From Octopus bimaculoides (taxonomy: Eukaryota), in the NCBI RefSeq assembly GCF_001194135.2, contig NC_068981.1, positions 82,728,512 through 82,786,999 of the forward strand: DNA of 58,488 nt, written 5' to 3'. Every line of letters starts with the position of its first letter. The first letter of the stretch is position 1. Below the pieces are notes generated by a model. It was not told the origin of the DNA. It searched no databases and saw only the letters and a list, made by a program, of their open reading frames with translations. The translations under genes were made by a program, and so were the position numbers. Shown piece after piece: positions 1-13,591 of the stretch.

Positions 1-42
1 TATATATATATATATATCGATAGATAGATAGATAGATAGATA
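1..42. repeat. (TA)n/(GATA)n microsatellite
   Basis: Directly visible tandem repeats at the window start. Confidence 0.95.
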
Positions 43-177
43 CAAAAAAGAAATGCTTTCAGAATTTATCACGGGTAAAAGAAAGTATTTTAAATTTCTA
101 TCCAAATATGTTATAAATTTACATAGATCGATAGATACATAAATACATACGTATGTGTGTTTGTATACATACCTGCA

Positions 178-540
178 CAGGGTGTTCCAGAAATAGGTGT
201 ACATTTTACAAAACTTATGCGTTGGCAGTAAGGGACTACCTTAACAGTATCTCGCCGCAGTGGTAGATTGGGTGACATGGCGGCAACGGATGGCCAACAT
301 ATCCACCGAAATTAATGCCAACGGATTCCCTCTTGCTCGGGCATAGTAAAGAATATGGTTTATGAGAAAATAACCAGACAGTGGATAATTAAAAATAGTT
401 TATATCGGAAACATTTATTGAGATAAATGCAGATCGGTGTTTGTGATGTACTTTATGCCACAATGTTCTAGACGGGTTTGAGAAACGTTGCACAGTCGAT
501 TGATAACGCTGCTCCTACTCTCATAGATGACATAGTGAGG
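178..540 (+). mobile_element. Decayed, internally deleted Tc1/mariner-superfamily remnant (DD37D/rosa-like)
   Basis: Starts CAGGGTGTTCC, a mariner-type terminus. 260-370 translates with stops and a frameshift as W*IG*HGGNGWPTYPPKLMPTDSLL / VKNMVYEK, resembling the WIGR..WPPRSPDLTPxDFFLWGxVKxxVY transposase C-terminus. End approximate. Confidence 0.55.
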
Positions 541-804
541 TAAATTGTAAATAATAGTTTTTGTCATTCGAAGACGGAACCCTTATGAGAAACAGCGTCT
601 GTTAGGATTTGAAACAGTGAGTATTTTGTTTGCAGTCTAACAGGAAAGTGGCTGATTGAAATACGTCAGCTGTGGAATCAAGTGTGTCTATTGTCAACTG
701 ATGAGTGAAGAGAACATGAAGACAAATTACATGTCTTTGTGCGTGAATTTTGTCACGGCATTCAAAAGAGCGTACGTTTCCATGTAGATACATAGATATA
801 GACT

Positions 805-811
805 CACAGAC

Positions 812-847
<36 letters not shown>

Positions 848-1098
848 GTACGTAGGTAGAGATAGACAGATAGACAGTTATATATATATATATATATATA
901 TATATNNNNNNNNNNNNNNNNNNNNNNNNNNNNNNNNNNNNNNNNNNNNNNNNNNNNNNNNNNNNNNNNNNNNNNNNNNNNNNNNNNNNNNNNNNNNNNN
1001 NNNNNNNNNNNNNNNNNNNNNNNNNNNNNNNNNNNNNNNNNNNNNNNNNNNNNNNNNNNNNNNNNNNNNNNNNNNNNNNNNNNNNNNNNNNNNNNNNN

Positions 1099-1130
<32 letters not shown>
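805..1130. repeat. (GATA)n/(GA)n/(TA)n microsatellites around assembly gap 906-1098
   Basis: Directly visible. Confidence 0.95.
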
Positions 1131-1133
<3 letters not shown>

Positions 1134-2117
1134 TACATACTGAAAAGGATAAATAGAGGGTTAGATAGAGAAAGCGAAAGAGAGTAAGATAGACATATTT
1201 ATACAGATAGTATATATAGATAGATAGTCATATAAAGACAGAGAGATAGATAGATAGATAGATAGATAGATAGGGTGACAGAAGGAGGAGGAGAGAGGGT
1301 GAGAGAGAGAGAATGGAAGTATAAAAATACAATTGATACACAGGTTTACACAGATTTAACGATATGAATTTTTAGTCGGTGCATGTTGAATGTTGCATAC
1401 TGTTGTTTCTTTCATATTTATGTTGCTTCTTTCATATCGTTTTTGATTTTTTTCCTTGTATTTTCTGTTTCACTATTGGTTTTGATGTTGTCATTGTCGA
1501 CTTTGATTTGTTACCCTTTTGCTTTCTCATAGTCTACATGCTTGCTCATTTCATTCAGATGCAACTCCGATTTTGTTTCTTTTCTATACTTTTCTTTACG
1601 TGCTATATTTAATCACTAAATAATATCCTAGCATTTCTACCAATTCTACTGGAAAATACGTATACTTCATGTACAAACACATACACACGCAAACACACAA
1701 GTATAGAGCTACAGGGGAAAATAGGTGACAGTGAGCGTGATGGAGAGAAGGGAGAAACCATACACGTTTACAAGCACAGCTAATTATAAATTAAACAGTC
1801 GGTGATATATTACAAATAGTCACCTGTGCAAGCAATATTCAAGCCGACATACTGACATGTGCATTGACGGTTCAAAAAATCGTAAATGTTTAAACATGCT
1901 GAAGACAGAGATAATAAAGAAAATAGTGAGAATAGTAATAATAATATTTTCTTAATAAATAATAATAACGGTTTCAAATTTAGGCAGAAGCCAGCAGTTA
2001 TTTTCAGGAGGTGTGTGTTTGTCGATTACATCTACACCAAGGCTCAGCTGGTACTTATTACATCGGCCCCGAAATAATAATATTAAGTATAATAATAATA
2101 ATAATAATAACAATACT

Positions 2118-2890
2118 TTCAAAGCCTGAAATTTTGAGGGAGGGTACCTAGTTAATTTCTTGAGTAGTTCTTAATTTATCGACCTCGAAAAGATGAAAGT
2201 CAGAATCAACCTCGGAGGAATTGGAACTCAGATCATAAAGACGGAAGAAATATCGTTGCGCATTTTGTCCGGCGCGCTCACTGCCTTTATACAAACGTTT
2301 TCAAATTATAGCACAAGGCCTGCAATTTCGAGTAAAGGGATAAGCCGATAACATTGATGTAAGTGTTCAACCGGTACTTATTTTATCGACCCCGAAACGA
2401 TAAAATGCGATGTCGACCTCGGCGGAATTTGAACTCAATGGAAGGACGGATGGAATGGTGCTAAGCATTTTCCCCGGCGTGCTAAAGATTCTGCCAGCTC
2501 ACCAACTTAATAAAGATAATAACGATTTCACATTTTGGCACAAGGCCAGCAATTTCGAGAGGAGGATTAAGTTGATTGCATCGATCCCAGCATTCAAGTG
2601 GTACTTATTTTAGCGATCCCGAAACGATGAAAGGCAAACTTGATCTGGGCGGAATTGAACACAGAATGTATAGACGGATGAAATAAAGCTATGCATTTCG
2701 TCCGGTGTGCTAATGGCTCCAAAAACTCACTGCCTTCACATCAGTATTAATAACGGTTTTGAATATTGGCACAAGATAAAAAATTTCGTGGGAGCGGTTA
2801 ATCAAGTACATACACCGCAGTGCACAACTAGTATTTATTTTATCACCCCCGAAAAGATGGAAGACAAAGAAGGAGACTTTATCCCGAACA
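2118..2890 (-). mobile_element. Four head-to-tail copies of tRNA-derived SINE family A (Octopus OK/OR-like)
   Basis: Repeated ATCGACCCCGAAA..GTCGACCTCGGCGGAATTTGAACTCA..GCTAAGCATTT..GCTAA.GATTCTGCCAGCTC, the reverse complement of a head with A/B boxes (GAGTTCAAATTCC). Copies at about 2118-2285, 2311-2503, 2535-2735 and 2765-2890. Confidence 0.85.
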
Positions 2891-3529
2891 ATTTTACTAT
2901 AACACAAGAGGTACTCATGGAAGGTTTTTAAATCGACATCAATGAAGAATACAAAAGAGAAACTGGACGCTTAATCAGGAACGTTGTGTCACCTGATCCA
3001 TTCCAGTCGACGTTTTGTCATACCTATGTTATTTCTGTTAAAATTTCTGTGTTTTTTATATATAATTAGTTTATCTAACTTGTTTCGTGAATTCTTTCAC
3101 TCCTCTCATTTTTGCATAAACATCTTCATTCCAAATGTGGCTTTGTAAACCTCTACTTATATATATCTTTCATCTATTGTAGTTAATAAAGAAATAAATA
3201 CTATTATTGTTCGTAGATGCACGTCGTTTTCGCTATTGAAGGTTCGTTAAATTTTAATTTTGTCAGAATTTAAATGAGGTCCCATACTTTATTGTGTGAA
3301 GAGGAGGATTAGTAAATTGTGCTCTAAAGGTCACAATTTTGTGATATTTTATCCACTCTCTTTTTCAATTATGGCGTCAGTAACGCCTACTACAAGATTT
3401 AGCGAGAAAGTAGTAAGACGAACTATTCATAACACAACCGAATTCATTAGCGAACGGTACCTCAGACATCGTTCTGATATGACAGCTGCTCAGGGTGACT
3501 GCTAGAAGCAGTGCGTGCACGAGTGCACG

Positions 3530-3695
3530 AGAACAGCAATAACATTAATAGTAACGGTAACAACAAGGGTAGCAATACAAAGGGCAACATTTTAATAACT
3601 AAAGCACCAACATAAGCAGCAACGGCACCAACAGTGACAACAACAGCGACAGTTACAGCAACAATAATAACAGCAGCAACAACAACAACAACAAT
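3530..3695. repeat. Cryptic (AAC/AGC/AAT)n trinucleotide tract
   Basis: Visible degenerate triplet repeat; it explains the poly-V/A/C ORFs at 3462-3872 and 3592-3825. Confidence 0.85.
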
Positions 3696-6477
3696 GGCTA
3701 GGAAGTAATTGGTGAGATCCACCGTATGGGAGGCAAATTTCTGATGTAATGGCAAAGCCATCACAATACTCCATGCTGTCCTTAGACGGCAGGAAGATAC
3801 GTATGACAAGATACAGGCGGCCCATTTGTTACGCATATTTGACGGGGAACGAAAAGTCAATATCATTTCCAATTTCTATAATAATGACCTTGTATTTTGT
3901 CTCCTCATATATTGTGGTAGTGCCATCTGGGAAAGCATGCGAAGCATCCATTCCCCCTGTCACCTTAGCTCCTTGGGCCAACGTGTATTTTTCATGCATG
4001 TGTGTCATTTTTTTCTTTCAGAACCGATCTACATTAGTGATTTTCCTCTGACATTAGCAATTTCAAGAAAAGTGCTACCGATACTTTTATTGGCAATGTT
4101 AGCAGACACAGCTTTTTTTTTCGTTTTGCTGCATTGTTTGTTCTGCGTCCTCAGTTGTATTCATTTTCATTTTACAGTGTATTTCTTTAACACAGTGTAA
4201 TGGTTTTCAAACGCTTCATCGAGATTATTTAGGGGCGTATCCTCTATAACATGCAATCTGAAATAACTAGTAAACAAACATTTGTATAGCTATGAAATAT
4301 AAATGTCCAAGGAAAACCTCTTCATCTGCACGGACACCCAAATATTCCATTGGCACAGTAATCTACTACCATCATCAAATACATTTTTAAAATTTTGTTT
4401 TTAGAAGACAAAGCGTTAAATCTCAAATATCGAAGATATTCGTACACTTCATCACATAATAACGGTATGTATGACGTATATAATGCATATACTGATGTAG
4501 AAATAAAAAGCCCAAAACCCTCTCTTAATATCATCTGTGGATCGTCAGACACTGTGTTTCGACTTGGTTCGCTCTCCTTAGTCACCAACACTCCCGAATA
4601 TTCTGATCTCAGCCGAAAAATATTCGTTTCTATATAGAAGTTAGTGAACAAAACATTCACTGATTTGAGCGTAAAGCTGGCCCGACTAGAATTAAATTAA
4701 TATCCCTATTTGAAGCAGTATTAAATTAAAATGACGATGTGTACAGTTTCTTACATAGACAAAAGGCCATCATTTGACAGGTGCCTTATATTGTCGATGT
4801 GGAAGGATAACAAGCACAGTCACCCTCAGTGCGATTTGAACGCAAAATATAAAGGACCGAAAGAAACGCCCTATGATATTTTGCTCGACACTCCAGCGAT
4901 TCCTTTAATATCCTGCACATTTATCGTTGTTTTCCAATTGAAACTAATTTATAAAACAAATAGAAGGAAAGCAAAGTAAAACCAGACACGAGCACAAATG
5001 TTGATACTATACAACATTACAGAGAACACACACACGCACATAGACATATATATTCATGTATGCATAGGTATGTTTATTTCTGTAAAAAATGTGACATCAC
5101 TATGCATGCATGTAAGTGAGTTTTGTTTTCGCAGTGTATTTGGGTGTATTTATTATTTTTATATGTTATTATAACCAGTTTTCAGGTCTGTGCATATTCT
5201 CTGCAAATTAAACATCGCTGAATGCGTTTCGTCGGAAGGTCTTTCACGGGTGAAGTTGTGGGAGCTAAACATGTTATATTATATATTCTCCCCCCATCTC
5301 TACAGCTATTTGTCTTAGTAGAAGTCACATGCCAAATTCATTAACTTTTAACATTCGGGTAGACTTAAGGTTATTGTGCTTTATAAATAGAAAATAAATA
5401 AAACTATGTGTATTTTACTCTTCTTTTCTTTGGGGGATTCAAGTTAAATATAATCAAAAAGGGAAATAGTGTATTCTTGTATATTTTGCTGTATTTTTTA
5501 TCATATTGATATATGCTTTTTTTATGCAGTTTTGCTTGACGTTTTTCTCCTTCTGAGCACAATTTTCTACAACTACACACTTATTCGTTTAAGACATTTG
5601 TTCCTAAATGCTTCTCTTCCTGTACGTTTCCACGTTTACATTTCACTAAAAAATGTAAGAAAATATTGCTTGTAACAAATATAGGCGTGTTCGTCCTGAA
5701 ATATGGAAAATATTAGATGAAATCATGTGAAAATTGGCCAGGCTTCCATATATATCACTATTCATCTTACTTTCTCAATGCACAGGCGGGCACGTAAGTT
5801 TAAATATGCATACAATTTGCACACATACGTACACGAGTGAATAAACATACCTCTACGTGGTTCTTCGGTTTGCTAGAAATAGCAATACAATTCTCCTAAA
5901 CTCATGCCCTGCTGGGTTGTGTGTAATTATGCCTGAAAAACAGGTAAGATAGTTGTGACTAGAACGTCTTTGGTCTTAGTTCTGTGTTAAGGCTGCCGAA
6001 CTTTGATAAAAATAAAAAGTCATACACACACCATAAAGAATTAGGATTAGACAGACGGTACGATTTAAAAAAGAGTTGTCAGTATATTTAACTGGTAAAG
6101 AAGACTAATCTGAGTCTCATTAAAAGATTTACTTTTTCGTCAACTTCAATATTTGCTAAAATACATAAGTTTATGCGTAACAACGAGGTTGCAATGCTTA
6201 ATATTAGGGCGCTTCATTTTCTATAACCTTAGGGCAACCCATATACCTTGTGCGTGAAATGGAGTAGACAGGAACCAAAGAGAAGACTGTCGGGTGAATT
6301 GTATGTGTAACATAAAAAGTACAGCTTCACTCACTGAGTCACAGTATTTTGCCAGAGAATTACAGTACAGGCACACGTGCCTGTAGAAGTAAATAAGTTC
6401 AGTTGGTTGAATAGAACCCTCGTTGTCGATGGACTGAGATCCAGCATATGCAGTCTGCATACACACACACACGCACG

Positions 6478-6511
<34 letters not shown>

Positions 6512-7947
6512 TGCTAATCATCTTCGAACAAAGAAACCTATATTTTCTCTAGACTATCTTAGAATATCTGGTCTCTCCATCAAACAGGACATTCTCTCTC
6601 AGAATGCTGATTACTACAACACACCTACAGCTAAGGCAGGATATACTGATAAAATTGAATGCATTCCAAGTAACGCAATCGTTACTACACCTAGTGTTGG
6701 TTAGCTGTATTCCATAGGGCATATGAGTAATACTTCTGTATATCCGAATTACGATAGCAATATCGAAAAACCAGTGTGGGAATAAGGCCTCATTGCTACT
6801 GATATTAATGGGAGCATCTCTAAGGTTAATTACGTAAAAGATTTAAATACCCTTAAAACATTTTTCCGCAAGTAATAACAGATTCCTCGTGTTCCGAATG
6901 AACATATAGCTAATATGGGTAATAGGATAAATATAGAAACGCTAAGTTAAATAACAATCGCAATGACAATACCTATACCAGTACTAGAAAACCTAACTGT
7001 AGCCGGTCGACTAACTCACTGCAATAATAATGGAACACCTAGATTATATAAACAATATATTTTATGACATATATCTCATTTCAGACTTTGGGAGACCACG
7101 GAAAGCCCGCAGTCTGTTTTCAGGTATTGAAGATATACTCCTCCCACCACTTCAAGTAAATGTCGTAAATTATTCAATAATTTCACTATAGCTAATATCG
7201 CTGGTGATATAGTCACTATTATTAAGAAATTAAGCAATATTAAAACATATGTGCGTGACTATAATCCTCTAAGTAATTCATTTGTATCTAGTTTCACTAC
7301 TAGTAATAAATCCAGTATGAATATACTTTTGATTCGGTGACTCTGCATGACAATAGCTTTAGTAATGATACAAGTAATAATTCGTCACCCCTATTAAACC
7401 TGATTGTATGTGCATTTGTAGGGATTGATATAATTGCCATTTGAGTAACCAATGCCTCCAAATAGGCAATATACAAATGTTCAGTTCTTACGCCCGATGA
7501 ATAATACTGCTATATCAGTTCGACAGCGCCAAATTTCAATTCAAACTGCATTAATCACATGCATTCTTTCAATTATAGGAGCAAATTTCGTAATACATTA
7601 CTTGAACATTTGGGGCTTTATAGACAAATATTGCTTACTCTCTTTTGCTGTCAATTATACGGACAGCGCTTCCATATTAACTTGGTGGAACAATTGTGAT
7701 GCATGTTGCATGGAAGCACTTGAAATCCCATGATGTAAGTCAGGAGTAATTAATAAAAATATTGAGTTGTTAATCTTTGGTTCTCACTTTCTTACAGTTC
7801 CATTTAGATAGTATAGAACACAGAAAAGTTTTAAAATTAGATATAACTTTGTATCAATTGCTTTTCAATTATCTCAGTTACTATTATTTTTCTCTCATCT
7901 CTCTCTCTCTCTGTCTCTCTCTCTCTTTGTCTCTGTCNNNNNNNNNN

Positions 7948-7997
<50 letters not shown>

Positions 7998-9539
7998 CAT
8001 ACTTATAGTCCCAAAACTCTTTTATGCTTTGTTAAGGTATTGACCCTTTCCTAGAATATTATTCATCCGTGTACCTTAATGATTCCTATTTCACTTTTAA
8101 TTTTCTTGTATAAATACTTACTGATTCTGTATATCGTAATATTTTTATTTTATTTTACTACAACATTGCATTGTGCTGTGATTATAACTTGACTTAGTAT
8201 TTCTTGGGACATTAACGAAACCCTCTAATTGTGCATGTTTTACTTCTATCTTTCTATTCTTCATAATCCTCTTCTAACATTTATAGATCTTCAGTTCTTG
8301 TTTTTTTGTCTCTCTCTTATCAAACTTGTTTTTTTTATGTTACCCTCGGCATTCATCTTTAGCGAATATCATTGTTTATTGTGAGACATTTTGAATACAT
8401 TCCTCCATGCTCAGTGAGTGTAATACACTATCCGTCTTTAGTCTCGTCTAAGCTAATTAGTCTTGGACTCACAATCGATTTTAACTCGTAGTATACATGC
8501 CTTTTCATATTTTTTTAATATCCTTTACTCTCTGTCTTTCTCGAAGCATGCAAATATTGTTACTTTCGCGCTTTGACGTTATAAGTTTTTCCCACTGATT
8601 GTGTTTATAACCGTACTTATACAGGTACATGCGTATTATATTAAACGAAAGTCCTGATTTAATATTGCATGAGCTGAATAATTGTTCCTATTTTTCTAGC
8701 ATATGGTTAGATTTATCTGTAGTTTATGTCATTGAAACAATAAGAATCGGTTAGTAAATGTGATATCAACTAGTTTCTTTTATTTGTTTTATACTTGTAT
8801 ATCAGGATGGAGACTTCCGAGTAGGCAAACTACTCTCAGTTCCTACCCATCTAGAATAATCTAGAATAAACGATTAAGTTGAAAAGGATATAATTAATTG
8901 CGTGAAATCAACGCAATTGAATAAATGGTTAATATGTTGGTATTGTGAAGCCAGAATTTTCCCTGCTTTTTAACCACACTATATAAATATCTAAAGTGTA
9001 ACTTCATAAAACGCATATGTTGTAAGTATAATTTCAGAATATATTACATATCGTACATTACGACTGAATTATCATGCTTCTGCTCCAGACCGAAGAATGT
9101 ATGTTGGTGGACAGACAGAAATAATTGACATGTCTGAAAATATTTCACATTCTTTATTACTCTGAATATGAAATCGTTTCGTGTTGTCATATGTTCATTG
9201 TTTAATGCGTTAGACGTGTCGATTCTTCACACAAAGCCTTTTTTGTTTCGTGACAAAATATTTTATTAATGGCTACTACCATCTAGGCTACTTACCCTTA
9301 CATTGCTGGCATTTATGTATACAATTATATGAAAATAGAAATATATATACAAATATACACATGCATACATGCGTGTGTGTGTGCGTGTGAGTATGTACGT
9401 TTTACTAATAACTGTATTTTACTAATAACTATGTAGCAAGTACACAAAAATAGAATTCTCACTTAAATGTAAAACAGCATAAAGTATTTTATAAACGGTT
9501 GAGCGGCAGACAAAATGCCATGTTATGTAACCAAATACT

Positions 9540-9650
9540 TGTCCGATGAAAACGACTGTAACATCCTAGGAAATTTCTGACTTGCTATCCTGACGTATGC
9601 CGCTAAGCATTTTGCCCGAGATGCTAACGATTCTGTCAGCTTGTTGCCTT
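9540..9650 (-). mobile_element. SINE family A head fragment
   Basis: CGCTAAGCATTTTGCCCGAGATGCTAACGATTCTGTCAGC matches the other copies. Confidence 0.7.
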
Positions 9651-9651
9651 A

Positions 9652-10063
9652 CGAGTGGTGTTCATTAAAGATTTCCTCTGAAACACTTTCTGTCATTGCA
9701 GAACGGAACTTGAATATGTATAATCACACATGTCTGTACAGGTTACATTATAAATTGCAGATTTCCACTAGTATTCGTTTGCTTTTTACAGCTGCTGAAG
9801 GGGACTAAGATGTTATAATGGAAGCAGTTGAATGCAGATCAGCGATCAGGTTCTTGTATTTGATAGGTCGTACACCAAAAGAAACTTTCGATGAGGTAAA
9901 AGAAGTTTATGGTGACGATGCACTATCAATCAAACTAGTCAAGCACTGGCATCGCTAGTTCAAATGTGGACGGACATCGGTGGAAACTGATCCTATTTCT
10001 GGATGACCACGTTCCGTCATTGATGACAACACCATGCTTAAAGTGGAAGCCGCCATTTTGGAG
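9652..10063 (+). mobile_element. 5' fragment of a mariner (DD34D-type) element with pseudogenised N-terminal HTH
   Basis: TA|CGAGTGGTGTTC terminus. From the ATG at 9818: MEAVECRSAIRFLYLIGRTPKETFDEVKEVYGDDALSIKLVKHWHR*FKCGRTSVETDPISG*PRSVIDDNTMLKVEAAILE, a typical mariner DNA-binding region with two internal stops; truncated at about 10063. Confidence 0.85.
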
Positions 10064-12536
10064 CTATATTATTATTATTAAAATATTGCATAAAATTGAA
10101 CTAAGTGAGACAGTGCATCCTACTAACAAATTAAAATCAGGCATAAAATTCAGTCGAAGAGGAAAAAAAAAATCTAGCTTTAACACAAGAGCCTCCAAGT
10201 ACAGTGGTAGCAAATAAGAAACATACTCACTTGTAGCAGTTTCTCGATTACCTCCATGAATAATCACAGTATGCAAATCAACCTGTATCCTCTACATCCA
10301 GCTTATCTTTGGTACAGCGAAGATTTGTAAATCATACCAAAGGTTTTATCCGTTTGAACTTCTGGTATGAATATGTTCATACAATTTTTAGAAGGAAATG
10401 AATCACACATACATACATTTATAACATGCACATTTATTATATGAACACTTTAAGTCATTCTCATATTTACAAAAGTAGCAGAAACTTTTGTTTATTTCAA
10501 TCCTTGCAAATTGTTTAGTGATCGACTTGGATTCTTCAAAGAAGTACAGAGAGGTATCTGAAAAAACGATATGGGTAACCAAACTCCACTCCAATGATGG
10601 AATGCGTATCTTTGTTATAAAGCAGTTCTTTTCTTCTCCAAAGAATAATCGTAAATAAAATATATACATACGTGTGTGCAAATGTGTATGTAATTGCGAT
10701 ATGTTTAAATATTACTTAAATCAAAAGAGCAGAAGGTAAAATTTATTTAGGGATGAATTTTCATATATTTAGATCCCGTAACTTCATGAGGCTTTTTAGA
10801 TGAGGACATATGGTTGAGAATATAAAAAAAGCAAAGCTTTATTTCCAATTAATGTTTGTTAATTATTGCAGCTTGTTGAGCACCTTACGTTAAAGGCTAA
10901 TGAAATCTATACTAAATAATTGCATTGAAGATCGAACATATATTTACATAACACGTCGGCATCTATTATTAATTACTTCTTTGTCATTAGCATTTTTCTG
11001 AAAAATTCTGAACATTCGACTCGATAATGAGTTTCAATGTTAATTAATGTTGAATGATGTCTACTTGATAAACATACCAGAGAATGGTATGTTTCGCTTG
11101 TTTTATAATTAGCGTCTTAATTAATAGGTAAATTACTAAGTGTTGTAACGTTTGAACGTCAGTAACAGAAAAAAATAAGTGTTGTGTGCAACAACAATAA
11201 AAATGATAATGATGCTTTGTTTGACAGAGGGGCAACGTGGTACAAAACACTTCAATACAGCACACGAACACGCAATTTTGTGAAATTCTTATATTTTCTA
11301 GTTTCTGAAAGCAGGTTCTTTTTATGCGTAGATTGGATACGATGACTGGTATCCGTCAAAAACCAAGAAACTGAGTTCACTATAAAAATGATTGCGTTTC
11401 TGTCAAGATATGAGACAACCGCGGAGTAGCAATGCTTCTCGGCAAATTAGAATATAAAATCGTAGGAGGAACAGGAACTAATGACAATGTCAGTAGGTTC
11501 GCATGCATGTAGGTTAAATATTTGCATGGAATCAATTTAACGCTTAAAATAATTAAGGTATCATGTGGGTCAATAAATGACCTTGGATGAAATGCAAATT
11601 ATAATTATAAATATGATAAAAGAAAGCTACCCTTAGAAGTCCCAGAGAAAAAGCATATACCTGTATTGCATTATTGAAGCATTGTAGTCTAGCCGATGTA
11701 CAATGAAATACATGAGCCTGTTAGATAACTTAAACTTGGTTACTTGGCTTGGCAGAAATTGCAACAAATTATAAAAAATAACAATTTATATCGTGATAGT
11801 CTTGTCCGTGGGAGGTGTAGTCATCATTGAAGTCACTCTGGCCATAGGTCAACCTGATCTAGCAAGGTTGGCCTGGCTACAAATAACAACATGTTTGAAA
11901 TGGAATGTTTGACCACACTAAGAGCATAGCTCCTCCGAATGCGTTAAACAAAAAGTTCATCAACTACCAACATCCTTTTGAAAGAAAAGAATTTGATGCA
12001 GTTGATTATAAGCAGGCTTGTGTTGGAGGTTAAATATTGACATCCATATCTCTAGGGTGAGCAGGTTGTAATTGTCATTAAAAAAAAATTTCCTACGTCT
12101 TCTAAAAGTTTTGGCCCTATCTTACCACAGACACACACACACACACGCACACTCACACGCATGCAAGTACTTTTCGAGACTGTGAAACAAAAAGGCAAAA
12201 AGATATAGAAAAAGTGGATAGGAAAAGTAGGAAGAAAATAGGATTGCTACTTTCATACTTTATTCCGTTAGTTCGATGGAGATTTTAACGAGATAAATGT
12301 TTGTCACGGTAAAAGGAAGTCGCACGCCGTCAACATCATATTTGCGAAGAAAATTTGGTTAGAAGATTGTCGTGGGACCAGTGTTTGCTGTAAGGCATCT
12401 GTTCAACAACCTTAAACAACGTAGCCAAAACACAATAGGAGATCTCATGATCTAAATTTTCTAGGATGCTACAACAAATTTCACAATGCTACTTCTATGG
12501 CAGCACCACCTCCAAACACACACTCACTACTTTTAA

Positions 12537-12705
12537 GGTTGTTTCAACAGATATTCTATAGAAAACTAGAGCCAGCTCTGATTTTCTTTACAACGTTTGG
12601 TATCGAGACGTCATTGCTTGATTACATCTGCCGTCTCGATGCAAAACTTTGAAGCAAAAATCAGTGCTGGCAATAATTTTCTATAGAATATCTGTAGAAA
12701 CAACC
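12537..12705. mobile_element. 169-bp fold-back MITE flanked by TTAA (Kolobok-like termini)
   Basis: TTAA|GGTTGTTTCAACAGATATTCTATAGAAAA ... TTTTCTATAGAATATCTGTAGAAACAACC|TTAA; inner arms ATCGAGACG (12602-12610) / CGTCTCGAT (12632-12640). Confidence 0.8.
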
Positions 12706-12894
12706 TTAATAATAATGTAACAAGCACAGCTGACGCAGAACGGCGTGGTACTGACTTATAAAAATCATTTAGTATACTTCATAGTATATTCTGTTTGCAT
12801 AACGAAGTACTATGTACCTAAAAATCTTTGACACATTCACACGCATTATATATATATATATATGTGTATATATATGATAATAAAAATAAATATA

Positions 12895-12980
12895 CAGTAG
12901 TTTCTACTTTGCGTATTTTCACCTATCGCGGGGGGGGGGGATTTTGGAACGTAACACCCACAATAGTCGAGGGATTACTG
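12895..12980. mobile_element. Short pogo/Tigger-like MITE remnant
   Basis: TA|CAGTAG ... CGAGGGATTACTG|TA; the right end is the reverse complement of CAGTAATCCCTCG, a Tigger/pogo-type TIR start. Confidence 0.55.
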
Positions 12981-13553
12981 TAACTAGAGTTAATAAAGAA
13001 TTAATGAGATGAAGAGTATGCTTTTTCAAGTGAGGAAGTTGCCCGTAATCTTGTACAAGGGTCTTCTTTATTCACAAATGTTCGTCTTGTAGTCGTTTAT
13101 GGTAGCTTTGGGCTAGCTAAATGTAATGTTATTAACTTTTTCGTATAATGTCCTGTTGCTTAAATGTTCGTATGCCAGTTCATTGCATCTACTCTTACCT
13201 ATCACGCAGAAATTCTCTCTCTTTGTCTGAAGGTAAGTATATAAGGATTTTTGCTTTTAAATAGACTTTGTAGAGTGAGGAATTATGACCTGGAGAGATT
13301 ATTAGAAGTAATTGAATGGTTTTGTTAGATATTGAAAGTTGGATGTTTAAGTCTCATCAGTTTTGCGCTTTAATGTGGTGGTTACAATATCTACCTTTTA
13401 GCTTAAACGTTGTTTCTCTTTACACCTCAGTCCCAGTAGTCCCAGCTGTCCATATACTATAAAGTGTGAGTTGAAGTAGGTTGTCTGGGTAGTTAGTGGG
13501 GAATTTAGTAGCGGATATAATAGAGATAGAGTTAGAGATAGCGTCATTGGAAG

Positions 13554-13591
<38 letters not shown>

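Noticed and set aside
2118-2890. CRISPR-like or prokaryotic repeat-spacer array
   Set aside because: Units are about 200-bp diverged SINE copies with Pol III boxes, there are no cas genes, and the context is eukaryotic.
2935-3014. Possible type I hammerhead (ATGAAGA..GAAACTGGA..TCCAGTC)
   Set aside because: Stem III and GUC fit, but C3 is missing, stem II does not pair and stem I is weak.
6500-7750. Possible mitochondrial insertion (numt)
   Set aside because: Translation with the invertebrate mitochondrial code still gives TAA/TAG stops and no COX, cytb or ND motifs.
8803-8845. Hammerhead-like string on the minus strand (CTGA-GAGTAG-TTTGC-CTACTC-GGAA)
   Set aside because: Stem II is good, but the core lacks NGA, GAAA is GGAA, and there is no stem III or NUH site; at best a dead relic.
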